From NCBI GenBank assembly GCA_964276515.1, contig OZ193909.1, positions 7,812,001 through 7,876,000 on the forward strand: a DNA stretch of 64,000 nt, given 5' to 3'. The DNA is from Gordius albopunctatus. Its lineage: Eukaryota. Position numbers and translations under genes: made by a program. Positions 24,741 to 39,900 of the stretch are shown here, piece by piece. The notes beneath the pieces were generated by a model. That model worked only from the letters and a program-made list of their open reading frames with translations. It had not been told where the DNA came from and searched no databases. How positions within the stretch are numbered: position 1 is the stretch's first letter; every line of letters starts with the position of its first letter.

Positions 24741-24854
24741 AAAACCCTTCACACTACGTGCTACATACAATTCATGTTCCTATGGTCGATCAGATAGATA
24801 AAATCAAAAACAACGATTCACAAAATATTGCTGCTTTTTGTGCACTTGCGATAA

Positions 24855-27800
24855 CGAAGGTCCCAAGTCCATGTGCAAAAAGTGGAGGGTTGGCGTCAGG
24901 TCGGAAACCGGCTATAAAAATCAACTCCAAAATTATGATAGTTTCAAACAAGATTTTACAAGATAAGGCTAGGGCGTCCTCCACAAACGACGCGCACTGC
25001 ATACGCCGCCCTTGCAATGTGAGAAATACACTAGGGTTACTGCCTAACTCAACGAAGGCGGTTAAGGAAACTAGTTGTGGAAGGAATGCGAATTAAGTGC
25101 TGGAATGTGGGAACGTTGACGGGGAAGAGCATCGAGGTCGCACAGATGCTAAAAAGAAGAAAGGTACACATCGCCTGCCTACAAAAGACGAGGTGGAACG
25201 GAATGAAAGCTCGGGAATTAGGAGAAGGATACAAGCTTTTCTACAGTGGGTAACCAAATCGTAGAAACGGGGTCGGTATCGTTCTGAGCGAATCGTTCAA
25301 GGACAAGATGGTGGAAGTCAAGCGTTGTTCCGACAGGCTAATGTGGGTGAAGATTGCAGATCAAGGGGGCCTCCTAACCATTATGTGCGCGTATGCTCCC
25401 CAAATTAGATTTTGGAATCAGAGAAAGACATATTCTTCGATTCATTGGAAAAGGAAATACAAGGAATAGGACAGGAAGGAAGGCTAATTATTGGGGCAGA
25501 TTTCAATGCTCACGTTGGGAAAGATCGCCTCGGGTATTAACGCAATCATGGAGGTTATTGGCATGGTCTGAAGAACAAAGAAGGGGAAAAACTTCTCCAA
25601 GTATCCCAAACATATGACATGGTGATCGTTAACACCTATTTTCAAAAGCGCGAAGATCATATTGTGACCTATAGAAGTGGGAAGCATTTTAGTCAAATCG
25701 ACTATTTGCTTATACGGCGAAAGGACTTATGGAGTATCAAGGATTGCAAAGTGATACCGGGAGAAGAAATCGCCAGACAACATCGTCCCCTTGTTATGGA
25801 TCTTGACAGAAGAGTATTTCCCGAAAGAAGAAAGTTCTATGAACCTCGAATTCGATACGAAAGGCTAAAGGATACGTCGACGAACAAAGAATACCATCAA
25901 AAAGCCTGCTCACTCTTGGGTGCAAGGAAGTTGCAAAGGGACGTAGACGATGATTGGGAGACGCTATCTAAGGACATTAAGGAAACAGCGATTCATGTTC
26001 TAGGACAGACCAAAGGAGACAAAGCTATGAATAGGGAACTATGGTGGTGGGATCAATCGGTTAAAGATTTCATCGAAAGAAAGAAAAATCTATATAGGCA
26101 GTGGCATAAATCAAAAAAAGTCGGAGGATTATCAAGAGTACAGGTACGCAAAGAGGGCCGCAAAAAAGGCCGTTGCAAAAGCGAAGAATGCCGCGTCCAC
26201 CGAGATGGCAAACAAACTGGATCATAAAAGGGGCGATAGGTTTATGTACAAATTTGCCAATATAAGGGAAAAGAAAAGTCGCTATGTCGGAGTTCTTAAA
26301 ATAGTCAAAAGCGAGAAGGGTCAAACCTTATTCAAGCCGAAAGAAGTGATGGAAAGGTGGAAAGGATATTTTAAGAAACCTATGATTATTGCAAATGACA
26401 AAGATTCCCTTCCCGAAATTGAGCCAAATATAAGTATGGTCGAACTCTTTCAGGAGGATGAAGTTAGGACACAAATGAAAAAGATGCAAAAAGGAAAAGC
26501 AAATGGCCCTGGAAGCATTGCTAGGATGTCGTGAAGAAGAAGTCACCACCATGACGAACCTCCTTAACAAGATATTGCTACAAGGGTGAATCCCTAATAC
26601 CCTTATTTAGAGGCAAAGGAGACCCTCAGGACTGCGGCCATTACAGAGGTATCAAGCTAATTTGCCGCTCATTAAAGCTTTTGGAAAGGATCTTAGTAAC
26701 AAGGCTGCAAAACGAGGTAGAAATATAGGCTAATCAATTCGGATTCGTGGCCGGCAAATCCACAATCGACCCAATCTTCGCCCTAAAACAAATGATGGAT
26801 AAGTATGGTGAAAAGAGGAAAGACCTACATATGGTTTTTATAGACTTGGAGAAAGCTTATGACACGGTCCCCCGCGATTTAATATGGTGGCGCCTGAGGA
26901 AACAAAATATCCCTGACGCATATATACGACTTATGTAAAATATTTATTAAGCCTCAAACTCTTGCGTTAGGACGACAGTTGAAGACTCTAAACCCTTTCG
27001 GGTTAATATTGGATTACACCAAGTCTCTGCTTTAAGTCCCTTTTTATTTAATATAATTATAGACACGATAACGAGGGACATTCAAAAGCCATTGCCATGA
27101 TGTATGCTATATGCCGATGATATAGTACTATGCGAGGAAACAAGGGAAAAAGTATTCGAAGAAGCCGAAAAGTGGTCAAAGCGCTTAGCTGGATAAGGTT
27201 TAAAGGTCAACGATCGAAAAACGGTATACATGGAAATGAACGGTACAGGCACCTCATCGCTGGATGACCATCTAAAGTACCCAAAAGTAGACAGGTTTAC
27301 TTACCTCGGCTCGATGCTACATTAAGAGTGAGATTTCGCAACGGAAGTCAATTCCCGGATGCAAAAAGGATGGCTTAAATGGCGAAGTATATCCGGTGTA
27401 ATGTGCGACAAGAAAATGCCAATATGGTTGAAGAGCAAAGCTTACAAATCAATCGTAAGACCGATGTTACTCGATGGAAGTGAAACATGGGCATTAAACA
27501 CCACGGAAGGAAAGCTATTACAAGCCACAGAGATGAGAATGATACGGTGGAGCTTGGGGTATACTAAGCTCGACCATATGACGACTTACTTTCTCATGAC
27601 AAAAATGGGTATTAAACCTATGGCGGACATGATTAACGAAAATCGGCTAAGATGGTATGGGCATATACTAAGAAGGGACACGAATGACGTAAATCGCAAA
27701 TTACTGGACATGTAGGTACCGGGGAAGAGAGGAAGAGGACGACCTCGTGTCAAGTGGAAAGGGCAAGTCAATAAAGTTATGGAAACTAAAGAGATTAGTC

Positions 27801-27892
27801 AATAAATGGCACTCACGCGGTCAAGATGGAAGAAACTTATAAAAACAAACCCCACCAATGTGGGACCAAATAACTGATAAAGAAGAAGAAGA
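24855..27892 (+). mobile_element. Near full-length RTE-clade LINE (APE endonuclease plus RT), inactivated by stops and frameshifts
   Basis: CWNVGTLTGK, ACLQKTRW, VTYRSG..SQIDY, FIDLEKAYD, YADD and RLRWYGH motifs; (AAG)n 3' tail at about 27880-27892; RTE-type 5' motif GGTCCCAAG...GGAGGGTTG. Confidence 0.95.
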
Positions 27893-28070
27893 GGGATAGC
27901 AAGGACCTATAAATGGGAGACTAGAACTGATTACATTCCAAGCTGTTATAGCGTTATAGTTGAACTTTTGATAAAGGATGAAAAAATTATTTTGCCACCT
28001 TTACGTATTAAGTTAGGCTTAAACAATAACCTTTTCCATGGGCGTAGCCAGGTTTTGGATTAGAGGGGGC

Positions 28071-30203
28071 TAGAGAATTGCACGGGTGACCCGAAACCCC
28101 ACCCGGTGAAAATTTTGAAATGTCTTCGGGTTCGGGTTGAAAATTTTAAAATGCTTTCGGGTTCGGTTTAAAAATTTAAATATGCTTTCGGGTCGGGTTG
28201 GATTTAAAAGTCGAGTCAAAGGTTATGAGTCGCACATTGCAAAATACACGTGAGATATCTTTTAAATGAGAACAAATTAATGTGCCCAGTAAAAAATTAA
28301 ATTTTCGCGCAGTAGAAAATTCAAATGCACAGTAAAATAATTAAATGCTAAGTAAAAAAAATAATATTCAGAAAAATAAATTTTTATACAGTATTAAATT
28401 CATTTGTTCAGTTATTTATTACGATGCTGTTCATTAAATATGATTTTTGCACAGTTATTTAAAATTATTTTCAAAATAAAATATCGATATAAGCGAGTCT
28501 CGAACTCGCAAACTAAGTTGGAGGAGCTTGCACCGTAGAGCGTGGACTTATAGAGCTACAAGAGAATGGTTATGTTTTTGTTAATATATTAATAGCAAAA
28601 AGCTTTTTCCTAAAACTATACTTCCCTTTGGCGCTAATTTCAAATTTAACTTGATTAACATGTAACCTAGATTCTCAGGATATCAGACTCTTGATCCTTA
28701 TGAATCTGATAGTAGTGAAGAAGTTGTTAAGAAAAAAATTACCAAATCAAACGTAGACGTACGAATATCATTTGGCAAAAGGTTGCCACTTATGAAAAGG
28801 CTGAAGAAGCAAAGAAATATGTCGAGGATGGCTGGGGGCTATGGTATAAAAACAACAGTGAAGAGGGTACAAAAGTGTATTACAGGTATAATATTATGAC
28901 TTATATAATCATTTTTAATGTGCAAATGTGCAGCTCGGATATATATATTATATGAATCTATATCAGATAAAGTTATTGTATACACATCAACTTCATCTCA
29001 TACTCATACCGAAAATACTGACAAGCTTAAAATAAATAATGAAATTAAAGATGAGATAAAAAAAACTGTTTGATTTAGGCCTCAAGCCTTCTCAACAAAA
29101 TGAATTATAATATTTCATTGGCTCAGCTAAGAAATACATTAACTGCATTGAGAAGAAATAAATATGGTGTGTCAACAATTAGTTTAGTAGAGTTGGAGCA
29201 GTGGCTGATTGCTCATTCTCAAATACCCTTTGATGATGATGAATTCTATATTGTATCTTACATGGTGTCATACGAAAATTCCAATTTCAAATTTTTCATG
29301 TCAACAAAAAGGTATTTAGTTATTTATAATCTGTTATTTTTAGGCTTTTATTAAACAGTCAGTTTTCAGATATATTGCATGCCGATGCAACATACAAAAT
29401 AACCTGGCACGGTTATCCATTATTAATAATTGGAACAATTGACTATGATAGGCATTTCCATATTTTGGGAATGTCTCTATGTGTTAATGAAAAAGAAGAT
29501 TATATTTTTTTATTTAACACTTTAATCAATGGAGTTAAATCTATTAATAGTACAACTCCCAAGTGGGATGTATTAATTACAGATGGGGCAATTTCCATAC
29601 ATAATTCATTTAAATCTGTCTTTGGAAAAGACACAATTTTCATTTGTTGAGCTCACGTCCGTAGAAATATAGAAAAAAAGGTAAATATATTATTGTTAAC
29701 TATTTTATGATTAGGTTATACTAGCTGATAAATTATACCAGAAAGAAATTTTAGATGATATAAATACATTACAATTGTCTCAAAGCACTAAGGTCTTTGA
29801 AAAAGCTTCCTATTTATTCTTGTAAAAAGGGTCATCTAAAGCCTCAAAGTTTTGCGAATATTTTTATAAAGAATGGGTTTATAAAAATGATACATGGTAT
29901 GAAGGATATAGGCATTATACCCCTAGTACCAATAATGCCCTGGAATCAACTAATCGTTTAATAAAAGATGAATTTACGTTGAGGGAACGGATGCCAATCA
30001 ATAGGTTCAAAGTGGTAGCAATTGACATGATCAAAACATGGTCATGCGAGTATAAACATTCAAAAAAATTCATTAAATCACAAACTATCAATTTCAAGCT
30101 ATGGACTAAGAGCTACCAATTTGCTAATTTTAATGGCCACTGCCTATCAAAAAAAAAACTTGATTTTACCGAATATTGTGTGCCATCAGGTACCGGGATA
30201 TGA
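28071..30203 (+). mobile_element. MULE/MuDR-type DNA transposon remnant with an intron-containing transposase pseudogene (about 28660-30203)
   Basis: HADATYKITWHGYPLLIIG, LITDGAISIHNSF, IC*AHVRRNI and STNNALESTNRLIK; short GT-AG introns at about 29312 and 29681; left terminus TAGAGAATTGCACGGG with ttcgggttcgg repeats truncates a CATGGGCGTAGCC MITE at 28037. Confidence 0.85.
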
Positions 30204-30937
30204 TTTTAAATATCACCGAGATAAGTTTAGAGATAAATTTTATGTTTTAAAAAATTATAACACCTTAAATTATGGTGGGAAAACTCGGGGTTTTCTAAGC
30301 GCAAGTCTAAGGTTTTGAGTTAAGATTTTTTAAAACCTCGGGGTTTTAAAATTCCTTAACTTAAAACCTTTTGGGTTTTGCACCACGTAAGTTTTTTCCA
30401 AAATGCGAATTCAAAATCCTGGGCTAGATTCAAGCTCTAGCCAAAAATCTTTGGTCGGAACGAATCCCAAACACCATATTTAAGGTTAGATCACCTAGGG
30501 GTTTGCATACATATGAGTTTATTTAAAAATCAAAATATTCTAGCAGAATTACAGTCACTAGCATTTTATTCATTGAACAAATTTTGCTCAAAGTTTCAAA
30601 AATGAGCGTTTTTACCCCTTTTGGAAGTGTATACCGATCAAATCAATCTACAAAAACTTGAAAAATAATTCATGGTTTTAAAACAAATATAGAGAAAATT
30701 TACACAAGTTTTTAATTTATCTTAAAATTCCTCTTAATCCATATATTTAATATTATAAAATAGGCTTATAATTAGGGTCTCCCTCTATTCCTTATTCCAT
30801 TGGTTTCTATGCATTTATATTTTAGGTATAATTAAGACATGAAGGTAAAAAAAAGCGTTTTTACAATAGTTTATCAATTAGCATAGGTACGCTATTATCT
30901 TGATGTTACCAATTTTTTGTATGCCGTTTTACTCCTG

Positions 30938-33900
30938 ATGTTTTTGAAATTTAAAGAATGCTCTCTCGAAGGGCATATGGTTATTTTGGAGAAATATTGT
31001 ATATTTTTGGGTTTGATGACTTTAATAATATTTGTGATTCTCAAGCAATTCGGAATATTTCTACTGTATATTGTTAAATTAACCTGTTTGCTTTATTTTT
31101 ATAGTTTGTATCAATATATAATTGGAACATGGTCTCTCTTATTGGGAATGTTTTTAACTTATTTATATATAAAGTACCTAAATTTGGACCTATTTTTTTA
31201 TAGACTTAGGTACCAGGAACCATTGTCAAGAATCATGACGGATATAAATTCTAAAAAAGTAATTTACCTACATATAAATATATGTGTGTGTGATTTAATT
31301 AGAAAGAAGATAAAATAGAAAACTTCAAAATTAAACATCTCAAAGATAAAATGTTTTGCCCTTATTATCACCCAGATATTGAGATTAATATTTCTAAAGA
31401 TATTGACAAATCTGTTCAAAAGGTTACTTAAATTATATTTTGCATAAATATACCTTTTTAGTTCTTAGAACTAACTTTGCAACATTACATTCTATCATGG
31501 TACAGGTAAATATCATGATGAATATTCTTATTTTATTAAGAAAAATTACATCAGATACATTCTTGATGTCAGAAATTTCTCACTCTTTCAAGCTCTGCTT
31601 GTCATTAATAATTTATAGGTTGAATTTAGTATGTTTAGAAAAAACTTATAGCATATATAAATCAAAAATTAAGGTCAGAAACTCAAATGTCTCAATTAAA
31701 GACAAATTTATTAAGACTTTTATAAGTCATATTGATATGTACCAGATCTTATGCGGAGAAAGTAATTGATATTTAAATATATAAATTATATTTCTTAAAG
31801 TAATTAATTCTTCATTCATTGAATTTCTTGATATATAAAAATACTTTTTTAGTTGCATTAAAAATGCAAACCCAGGAAAAAGGGTTTAACCTCCTATGCT
31901 ATAAACTTTTTAGAATATAGTTATTTTTAAGGTTTGATCAAGGGTTTTTAGATATTCTATTATTGGTAATTTACAACTAATGATTTTGTTATATTAATAA
32001 TGGTCTTCCTTTTAAGACTCATGAGCAGATATATAGTAACTTTTCTGCCATTTGTAATTTAAAAAAGAATGAATAAATTGATATTGTGTAAGATCATTAA
32101 TCATTCATTTCTTATAATATTAATTAATGTTTGGTCTACTTATGACATCATCAAATTATAGATATATAACTTATATATTTTGAATTATGGAAAACTGGGT
32201 TTATTTATGGCTAATATTATTAAACTTTTTAAAATGAATACAAATTTCATTTTGAAAAATCTACTTTTGCTCATTTTAATTAATGAAACAGTCGTAAATG
32301 GATGGTGCAAAAGTCATATCCTGGCCACTAATATTTTAATGTATTATTTCAAATAAAACCACTATTAAATGTGTTACTTTTATATTCAATTAGTTTTAGC
32401 CAATGCTAAAGGTGAAGAACTAGAAAAATTGATCTTGGAAAAAGCCTCCTCCCACTTACACATAACTATATACAGTCGCAAACGGGAAATTCAATATCTG
32501 AGGCACCTTACCACCGAGTTATTGCCATTACTACTTCCCGAAAATTCTATTAAATCTTCGTAAGATTTATTCAAATCTTTTAATATTCATCATCTTAGGC
32601 ATAGTCAAGAGGGGTACCTTCCCATTTATAAATTTAAATTTTTTATATAATTTGTGGATTTATGCTTTGACCTTTGAATTTTAGAAAATCATTTTTTGCT
32701 CACTATCATTTGTTGAACCCAACAGCCATATAAAAATAATTTAGCCTTTGTTTTATTATCAAAAATATAAAGAAATGAGTGGCAGCTTTTTTCAAACTGA
32801 TTTATTTTAACCAGCCACAACCCGGAATATTACTAAATTTTTAACCCCCAAGTCGGGTTTCAGCAGAGCTCTGCTAGATAGTTGGGGAACATAACCTTAG
32901 GCTTTATTTTTCTTTCTGTCTTCAAATATATATGTGTAATGCTTGTGACAAATGACACTAAGTTTGAATGAAATTAAAGTAGAAAATTACCTATGAAAAT
33001 GTTAAAAAAATATTTTTCAGATTTTAACGATAGTGTAATATGGTTTTGAATTTTTCAACACTCTTTTAAAACTATCCATTTTTATGCTTGTCTACCTTTA
33101 TAAAGGATACTGAGCTCGCTGTTGCAAGAGATTTTGGCCTGCCGAATTTTGTTACCTTGCATGGATATCGTCTCCAACCCTGTAAGTTAATGAATTATAA
33201 TACTCGTATTACTATTTGTAATCCACAACTTTTTGCTAGTTTAATAATATGGGACTCAGGTTTGGAAAACTCACCTCATGAAAACTTTTTTCTTTCGATT
33301 TTGTCATTGTTTATGTTTCCTTTAACACGTATCAATCTTGACTTTTATTTGCTGTTTTTAAAGGTAACAATATAATAAAATGGCATGTAATTGACCATTT
33401 TTTATTTTAGAAATCTCTTTAAATAATTTAAAACTGACACGTTATTTTCTTCATAGCTTAAAAATCATGTAAACTTAGGAAAATATGCGGTTTCGCGATC
33501 ATATAATATTTTGGGAAAATGGCAAGCAGTTATAAAACAATTTTTAATGCTTTATTTACTCTTTTGCTTGATATTTGTAACATTTATATAAAGATTTATA
33601 CATTTTTCATATAGGATTTCGTTAACTACCTGATCTTGGTCCTTTTTGAAGGAAACGTAAGTATTTTGCACTGAGTTTTAAGCTTGGCTTTGTAAACGGG
33701 TGTGGATTTTTAAAAGTTTGAATTTGCTTTATTGCTAGACTTAGAGATGTTGGATTTTATCTAATAGTAGAAAGTCTATTATTAAAAATAGCATTAAAAA
33801 ATTAAATTTTTTGTGCGAATAAAGACTAGGATTATAAAAGGTGTCCCTTTAAATCTTGGTTTGAAGTTTAGCTTAATATCACAAGGATTTTATAATTAAA

Positions 33901-36900
33901 TTATGGCTTGCTCTGCTGCAATACAGTATAATTTATCTAAAATTTGGTAAATATTTTGTAAAAATAAAGTTAGATAGGGCTTTTGAATTAAGAAGTAATC
34001 AAACATATATATAAATAATTAATAACTTTTAAAAGTTGCCGTTAATGGTAGAAAACACGGGGAAGCTAATAATTTTAATATGTTGATGGTGTGACTGCTT
34101 GCACTAAATACTATCATTATAATTTGTTACTAATTTAGATAATCCTGTATCCCCAACAAACCGACAACAAAGTGATTTTGTTGAAGCAATTTGTATCGCA
34201 ATACCCCATGAAATGTGACGTGGTAAGATAGGGCATATATTGATGGATTTAATGTATTTCCTTGTTTATATTATAAATGTTTTATTCGTTCGTAGGAAAT
34301 TAGTAAAATAGCCTTCTAAAATTGCTTAATGGCAGGCTTGAAATTTACTCATTAATTTATCCCCAGTTTGAATTAATCAAATCAATGGTGAGGTGACTAT
34401 GGAATTAAACGATAGGGTTGTCCATGTTAGATTTGAATTTAAGCACATATTACAATTTAGGCAAAACAAAATGTGACCAGCCTTTTTGTTCCCAAACAAA
34501 CCTTTTGATTTGGCTGAGATGACACACACAGTGTGTGTTTATATACGTACGATCGTTGTTGAAAACGACTTTTTTTCATTAAAATTCCCTTTAGCTCAAC
34601 GGAGTAAGGTTAGGGAAAAAATATCTGCAACTAATATTTAATATTATTTGATTGCATTGATATATTTATAGTATAATACTTGTTTAATAATTATGATGTT
34701 TCCTAACCATCAAAAAAGTCATGTTTTGTATTACTAGGACCTACTTTGTTTTGTTATAATCGATTACAAATCCTCTTTGAATAAGCAATTTCGTAAATGG
34801 TATACGTTTGTAAATTTAAATTTTTTCAGATATAAATTTATTTTAGATGCTCTGTAACTTTATGACTTTATATCAAATTCCATATGTTTTAAACTCAAAT
34901 GTTTTTGTAGCCACCAAGATTGACATTGAAAGAGATCGTTCATAACCAAGACTTGCTCTTCATCTTTATGAATTTCATGAAATCCGAAGGTGTCCTCAAT
35001 ATCATTCAATTCTACATGTCTTTGGGTAAATATTTTCTAGTTATCATCTAATAACAACTCAAAGGATAAAAACTATCCTTTATAATTGTCTCTAACTTAC
35101 CCTTTTAAAAATCAGGGTGTTTGTTCTTGAGATAGTTAGTTTGTATTTTTGATATAATTATATGGTTTATTATTTTCGCATATAGTTTCTAAAAGGTGAT
35201 CGCTGAAATTAACGACTGTATCGGGCAAAAACTTTAGCGCTCATTTGGAACATAATGTTTTGGGAGCGGTTTTTTTTAATAAAAATTGGCCTAGCAACAA
35301 CAAAAATCCACATGGGCGTAGCCGAGGGAAGGGGGGGAGGGGCAAAATGATAATTCTTTGAAATTTCAGCCATATACATTAAATTTTAAAGAATTTTTAG
35401 ATTTAGAGGAAGCATTTGCCCCTCCCTGCTAACCCCTGGCTGCCCCCATGAAGATCCATTTTTAAATTATGTCGTTTTACCTTGAAATATAAAGCTAACG
35501 CAAAATATAAGGTATTTGAATTTCAAAATGTCTTCTTTATTGTGTATTTGGTCCCTTAATCGTGAGGTTTGTTTTGAATAATTTCTTTCCTAGATTTATC
35601 TTTTTTTATGTGATAAATTTGTCCATTTGCCCTCTCCAGTAACAGTAGGTGGTCCTCTTTTTCTCTTCCCCAACACCTTCATGTTCAATACCTTGCGATT
35701 TAAATCATCCGTCCCCCCTCTTATTGTTTTTCCTTAATCAAGTCAGTCATGTGCTGAATACCCATTTTTCGCCCTGAGTCTGTCATTGGTCAAGTGGTCA
35801 AGCTTAGTTTACCCGAAGCTCAACCGTATTTCCCTCTTTTCCGTGGTTGTAATAACTTTTCATTCGTGGAGTTTGATGCTTATGTTTCACTTCCGGGCAT
35901 TGACTTCTGTTGCGCAACCTCCCTCTTGATGTTATATCGAGCCGGGTATGTAAGCCTGTCTAATTTTGGGTACTTTAGATGGTCATCTAGCGATGGGCTG
36001 CCTTTAACGTTGTTCATCTATACCGACACTTTAAGCCCATATCCAGCTCACCTCTTTGACCACTTTTCTGCACTCTTTGCATTAATATATCAAGGACATA
36101 GAGCATACGCCAAGTAGGTGGTTTTTCAATGTCTCTCGTTTAGAAATGTCTAAAGGCTTGGATTTACAGATAGAATTGTTTTGAATTTTATCTCACACTT
36201 TTCGCACCACTTCCATCAAGCGTCACATGCGAATTTCGCTTACTAACAACCCCGTCAAAACATGCAGCTTGAGATTGTTGGTCGTGGGAGGGATAAGGAA
36301 CTATGGCAGGGAGCCGGATTGCTTGAAACAAGTTATGCACTTCAGCAGATTTTGTTATAGCATACTATTTAGCGGGCAGAACTTCATATAATTCTCATTT
36401 TACCACGATTTTGTGCGATTCTAATATTTATCCTGCCTCCGTTTATGGCATTAAAATATCGTATTAAAATTACAACAAACAAAATGGGACTCAGACCCCA
36501 TCAGGTTTCAAACTTTAAAATTATGTACTAATCAAAATTTAAGCCTGGATTTATATGCCGTAACGCTTTCTCTTAAGATAAACAAAAAGAATGATAACAC
36601 TCATATTTTAAATCGATTAGTCATATCGCTCGCTACCTGAGAAGTGCTATTTCTGCAACATTTGAAAGTTTTAACGTAAAAGTACTATTCGGTAAATTTT
36701 TATATATTCTATCATAAACTTTTCCCCCTTTAAATCTCTCTCCCCCCCCCCTTAGATGGTAGAGGGCGGGGGAAGGGGTGCAGATATGGGGCAAGGGGGG
36801 GGGGCAAAGTTCTTAATTTATTTATGATACATAATATGAGCAGATTTTTAAAGTTACTAACTCGCGTAGCAATTGATTCTAATATGTCTGATATCTGCTT

Positions 36901-39900
36901 GCAACAAATTATGCTGCTTCGACCCCACCTCTCGAGCATTTTTATATGCTTCTATACTGCCTCGTGCACCGTGTAGCACAACTCAATAGGCATCATATGT
37001 CAGATTTGTTAAGATTTTTCTGCCGAACCCTGCCCAGTTCAATTTTTTAATTAAACTGCTCCCAGGGCCCGCCTGAACCCTTCTAAGTTTCCGGCCTGAC
37101 ATGCCCGAATCATTATAGCTGCCCTGCGCGAAAATATATTTTTTAGTTTCTAGCATTAATATTGTTATATTTTTAAAAGAGTTTAATTTCCAAAATTTTT
37201 GGATAGAACTAGGGTTAAAAAATATATACAATAAAAAATAAAAGTTACAAAATAATACAAGAATACAAAATACCACACGCTATAATATAGATCATTAAGA
37301 TTGATTGGCCCAATTATTGTTATGGTACCCGCCCGTGCCCGCCTGAAAATCTAAAATTATGGCAGTTGCGCGGCCCGTAGGCTAGGCGGGCCGGCCCTTT
37401 ATGGTATCTGGGTGCATGCCCGCCTCTGGAGTTGAAGCAAGTGAGCAATTTAACAAATCTAGTTGTGAACTAGTCAAGTAAAATTCAATCCTTATTACAA
37501 TCTTCACTAAAAAAATTTTAATTGTAGGTAAGAAATTATTAAATTAAGCCTAATGTTAAATTATAAAAATATAATTTGTGCAAACGTCTTATTTTTTAAA
37601 CCCAATTTTTTGCGGTATATTGTTTTACCTCCCCCCCCCCCTCCCCCGCAAGTAGATAAGCTAAAGTACACCGTAATTTTTTTGTGTATAAATAATTTTT
37701 TACCAATTAATTGTATTTTATATAATGGTCGGATTTTTTATTTCTTATTGATAAGCAAAGTACAAAAAACAAAAATTGAATTAGTGATAACAATAGCAAT
37801 AGTTTAATGGAAAAAATAAGTCCACACATGGTCAGCCATCATTGAAACATTCCATCTGCCATTGTATCTTTATTCCTTTTAGATATATCTTGGTGAAAAC
37901 GTTCACACTGCCTGCCTGCTCTCCACTCATGGAACCTAGATTCTATGGGGAAAAGTTTAGATGGGAATGCAGGTAGTGTATTCTGAGTGCCATTTGGTAT
38001 ATTTTTTATATGTTTTTAATAACCATTAAATTCCTGATTTGTAATGGCAGGACTATTCTTCCCCAAAAAATTATGGCAATTTCATGTGTCAAACTCGGTT
38101 GTAATTATTAATATTTTGTTTTTTTATGAAATTTTTGGGGAACCATAAGTTTTTGCCATTACAAATTAGGGATAGAATGGTTATTACTATAATATAAAAA
38201 ATGGGAGGATGCCGAATGTCGTTCAAAATAAACTGCCTACATTCCCACTATACTTCTTGCATAAAATTTAGGTGCCATGAGTGAAGGCAGGCAGGGTGAA
38301 CGTTTTCACCAACTCATATCCAAAATGGAATAAATATACAATGGTAGATGGAATGTTTCAATGATGGCTGACCATGTGTGGACTTTGTTTCGTGAAACGG
38401 ACATAAAGCATAAGCGAAATTCGCGAATAAATTTTTGTTCTTTTTACTTTGCCTGTCAATAATAAATAAATAATCCGACGTTTCCATACAATATTATCAA
38501 TTAAATTTTGCTAAAAAATTAAAGATACACAAAAGATTATTGTAAATTTTAGCTTATCCTCTTGTGGGGGGCGGCAACAAAATAGATATTGCAAAAAATA
38601 ATTGGGATTATGAGCGCAAATTATATTTTTAAAAATTTAAATTCAATCTTAGGCTTAAGATTAATATTATTTTGCCCATATTTGAAAAAATTAAAATAAT
38701 AAAATATATTGCATAAGCAAAGAGAGATAAAATGGAAGGATTTAGAACCACCCCCACCCCCCTCCCCTTTTTAGGCAATCTTGCCTAAGTCGGCTGTTTA
38801 TAAATTAACAATTGACATATCGTCTCATATCCTTCAATTAATATCTAAATAAAAGAATATATAATCAACTTTTAAATCTAATTCCTTGATATTATAGAAA
38901 CTCAATTATAATATTCCCCTTATATAATCCCAAGCTGGAGAAACACTGGAAAAATCACCTTCTATGTAGAAACCGATATTGAAGTTGGAGGCGAATGCAT
39001 TAGAGAAAATTGTAATTAAGATTTTGTGAGCTAATCCTACGAACCCATTTGGGGGACTAGCTCTCTATTATATCAAACAGCCTGTTAGAGTGGTGGAATC
39101 GATTTTGAGTACTAAATAAAATGGCCAAGGATTTTTTGACTCAGCCAATTTCTTCATTTCCTAGCGAACAAATGTTCCTATTAGCTGAACGTACTTAGGG
39201 ACAGAGTAAACAGATTTCCCACTTCACAATTAAATACAATTTATGTCTAAAATCATGGCGATATACTGATGTTAGAGAAAAATAATTTGTAATAATTTTA
39301 AAATCTTTTTAAAGATGTACATATATGCCTCACTGCAAATAAATTCAGGCTGAATCAATATGACATGATTTTAGTTTGTAACCTTAAAGTTATGGAGGGA
39401 AATAACGTCCTTTGTATTCGTAATTCTATGCATGGGCTCAGCCGGGAGGGGCTGCCCCCCCTCTAAATCCAAAAGTTGTTAAAATTTATTAAAATTATGG
39501 CTAAAATTTCAAAAAAATGAGTATTTTGTCTCTCCCTAATTCATTATATTATTGCCCCCCCCTCTAATCCCAATGGTGTCGCCCATGATTCTAATAAGTT
39601 TCTTTATTCCCTGGACGTAGCCAGGATTTAAAATATGGCAAACAGATTCCTACCATAATTATTATTAATAAGGTGTGTCATGGTTTTGACTTCATCTTCT
39701 CTGCATCCGACTGATGCTTCCATACAGACGTTTCGTTCGCTTTTCATTTTTGCAACTTGTTAGTTTGTGTCCTCACTTGATCCTCCCCTTCTTAAAGAGT
39801 TCGACCTTACTTATGTTTGGCTCAATATCTGGAAGGGAATGTTTGTCATTTGCAATATTTGGAAATTCCTTGAATATCCTCTCCATCACTTCTTTCGGCT

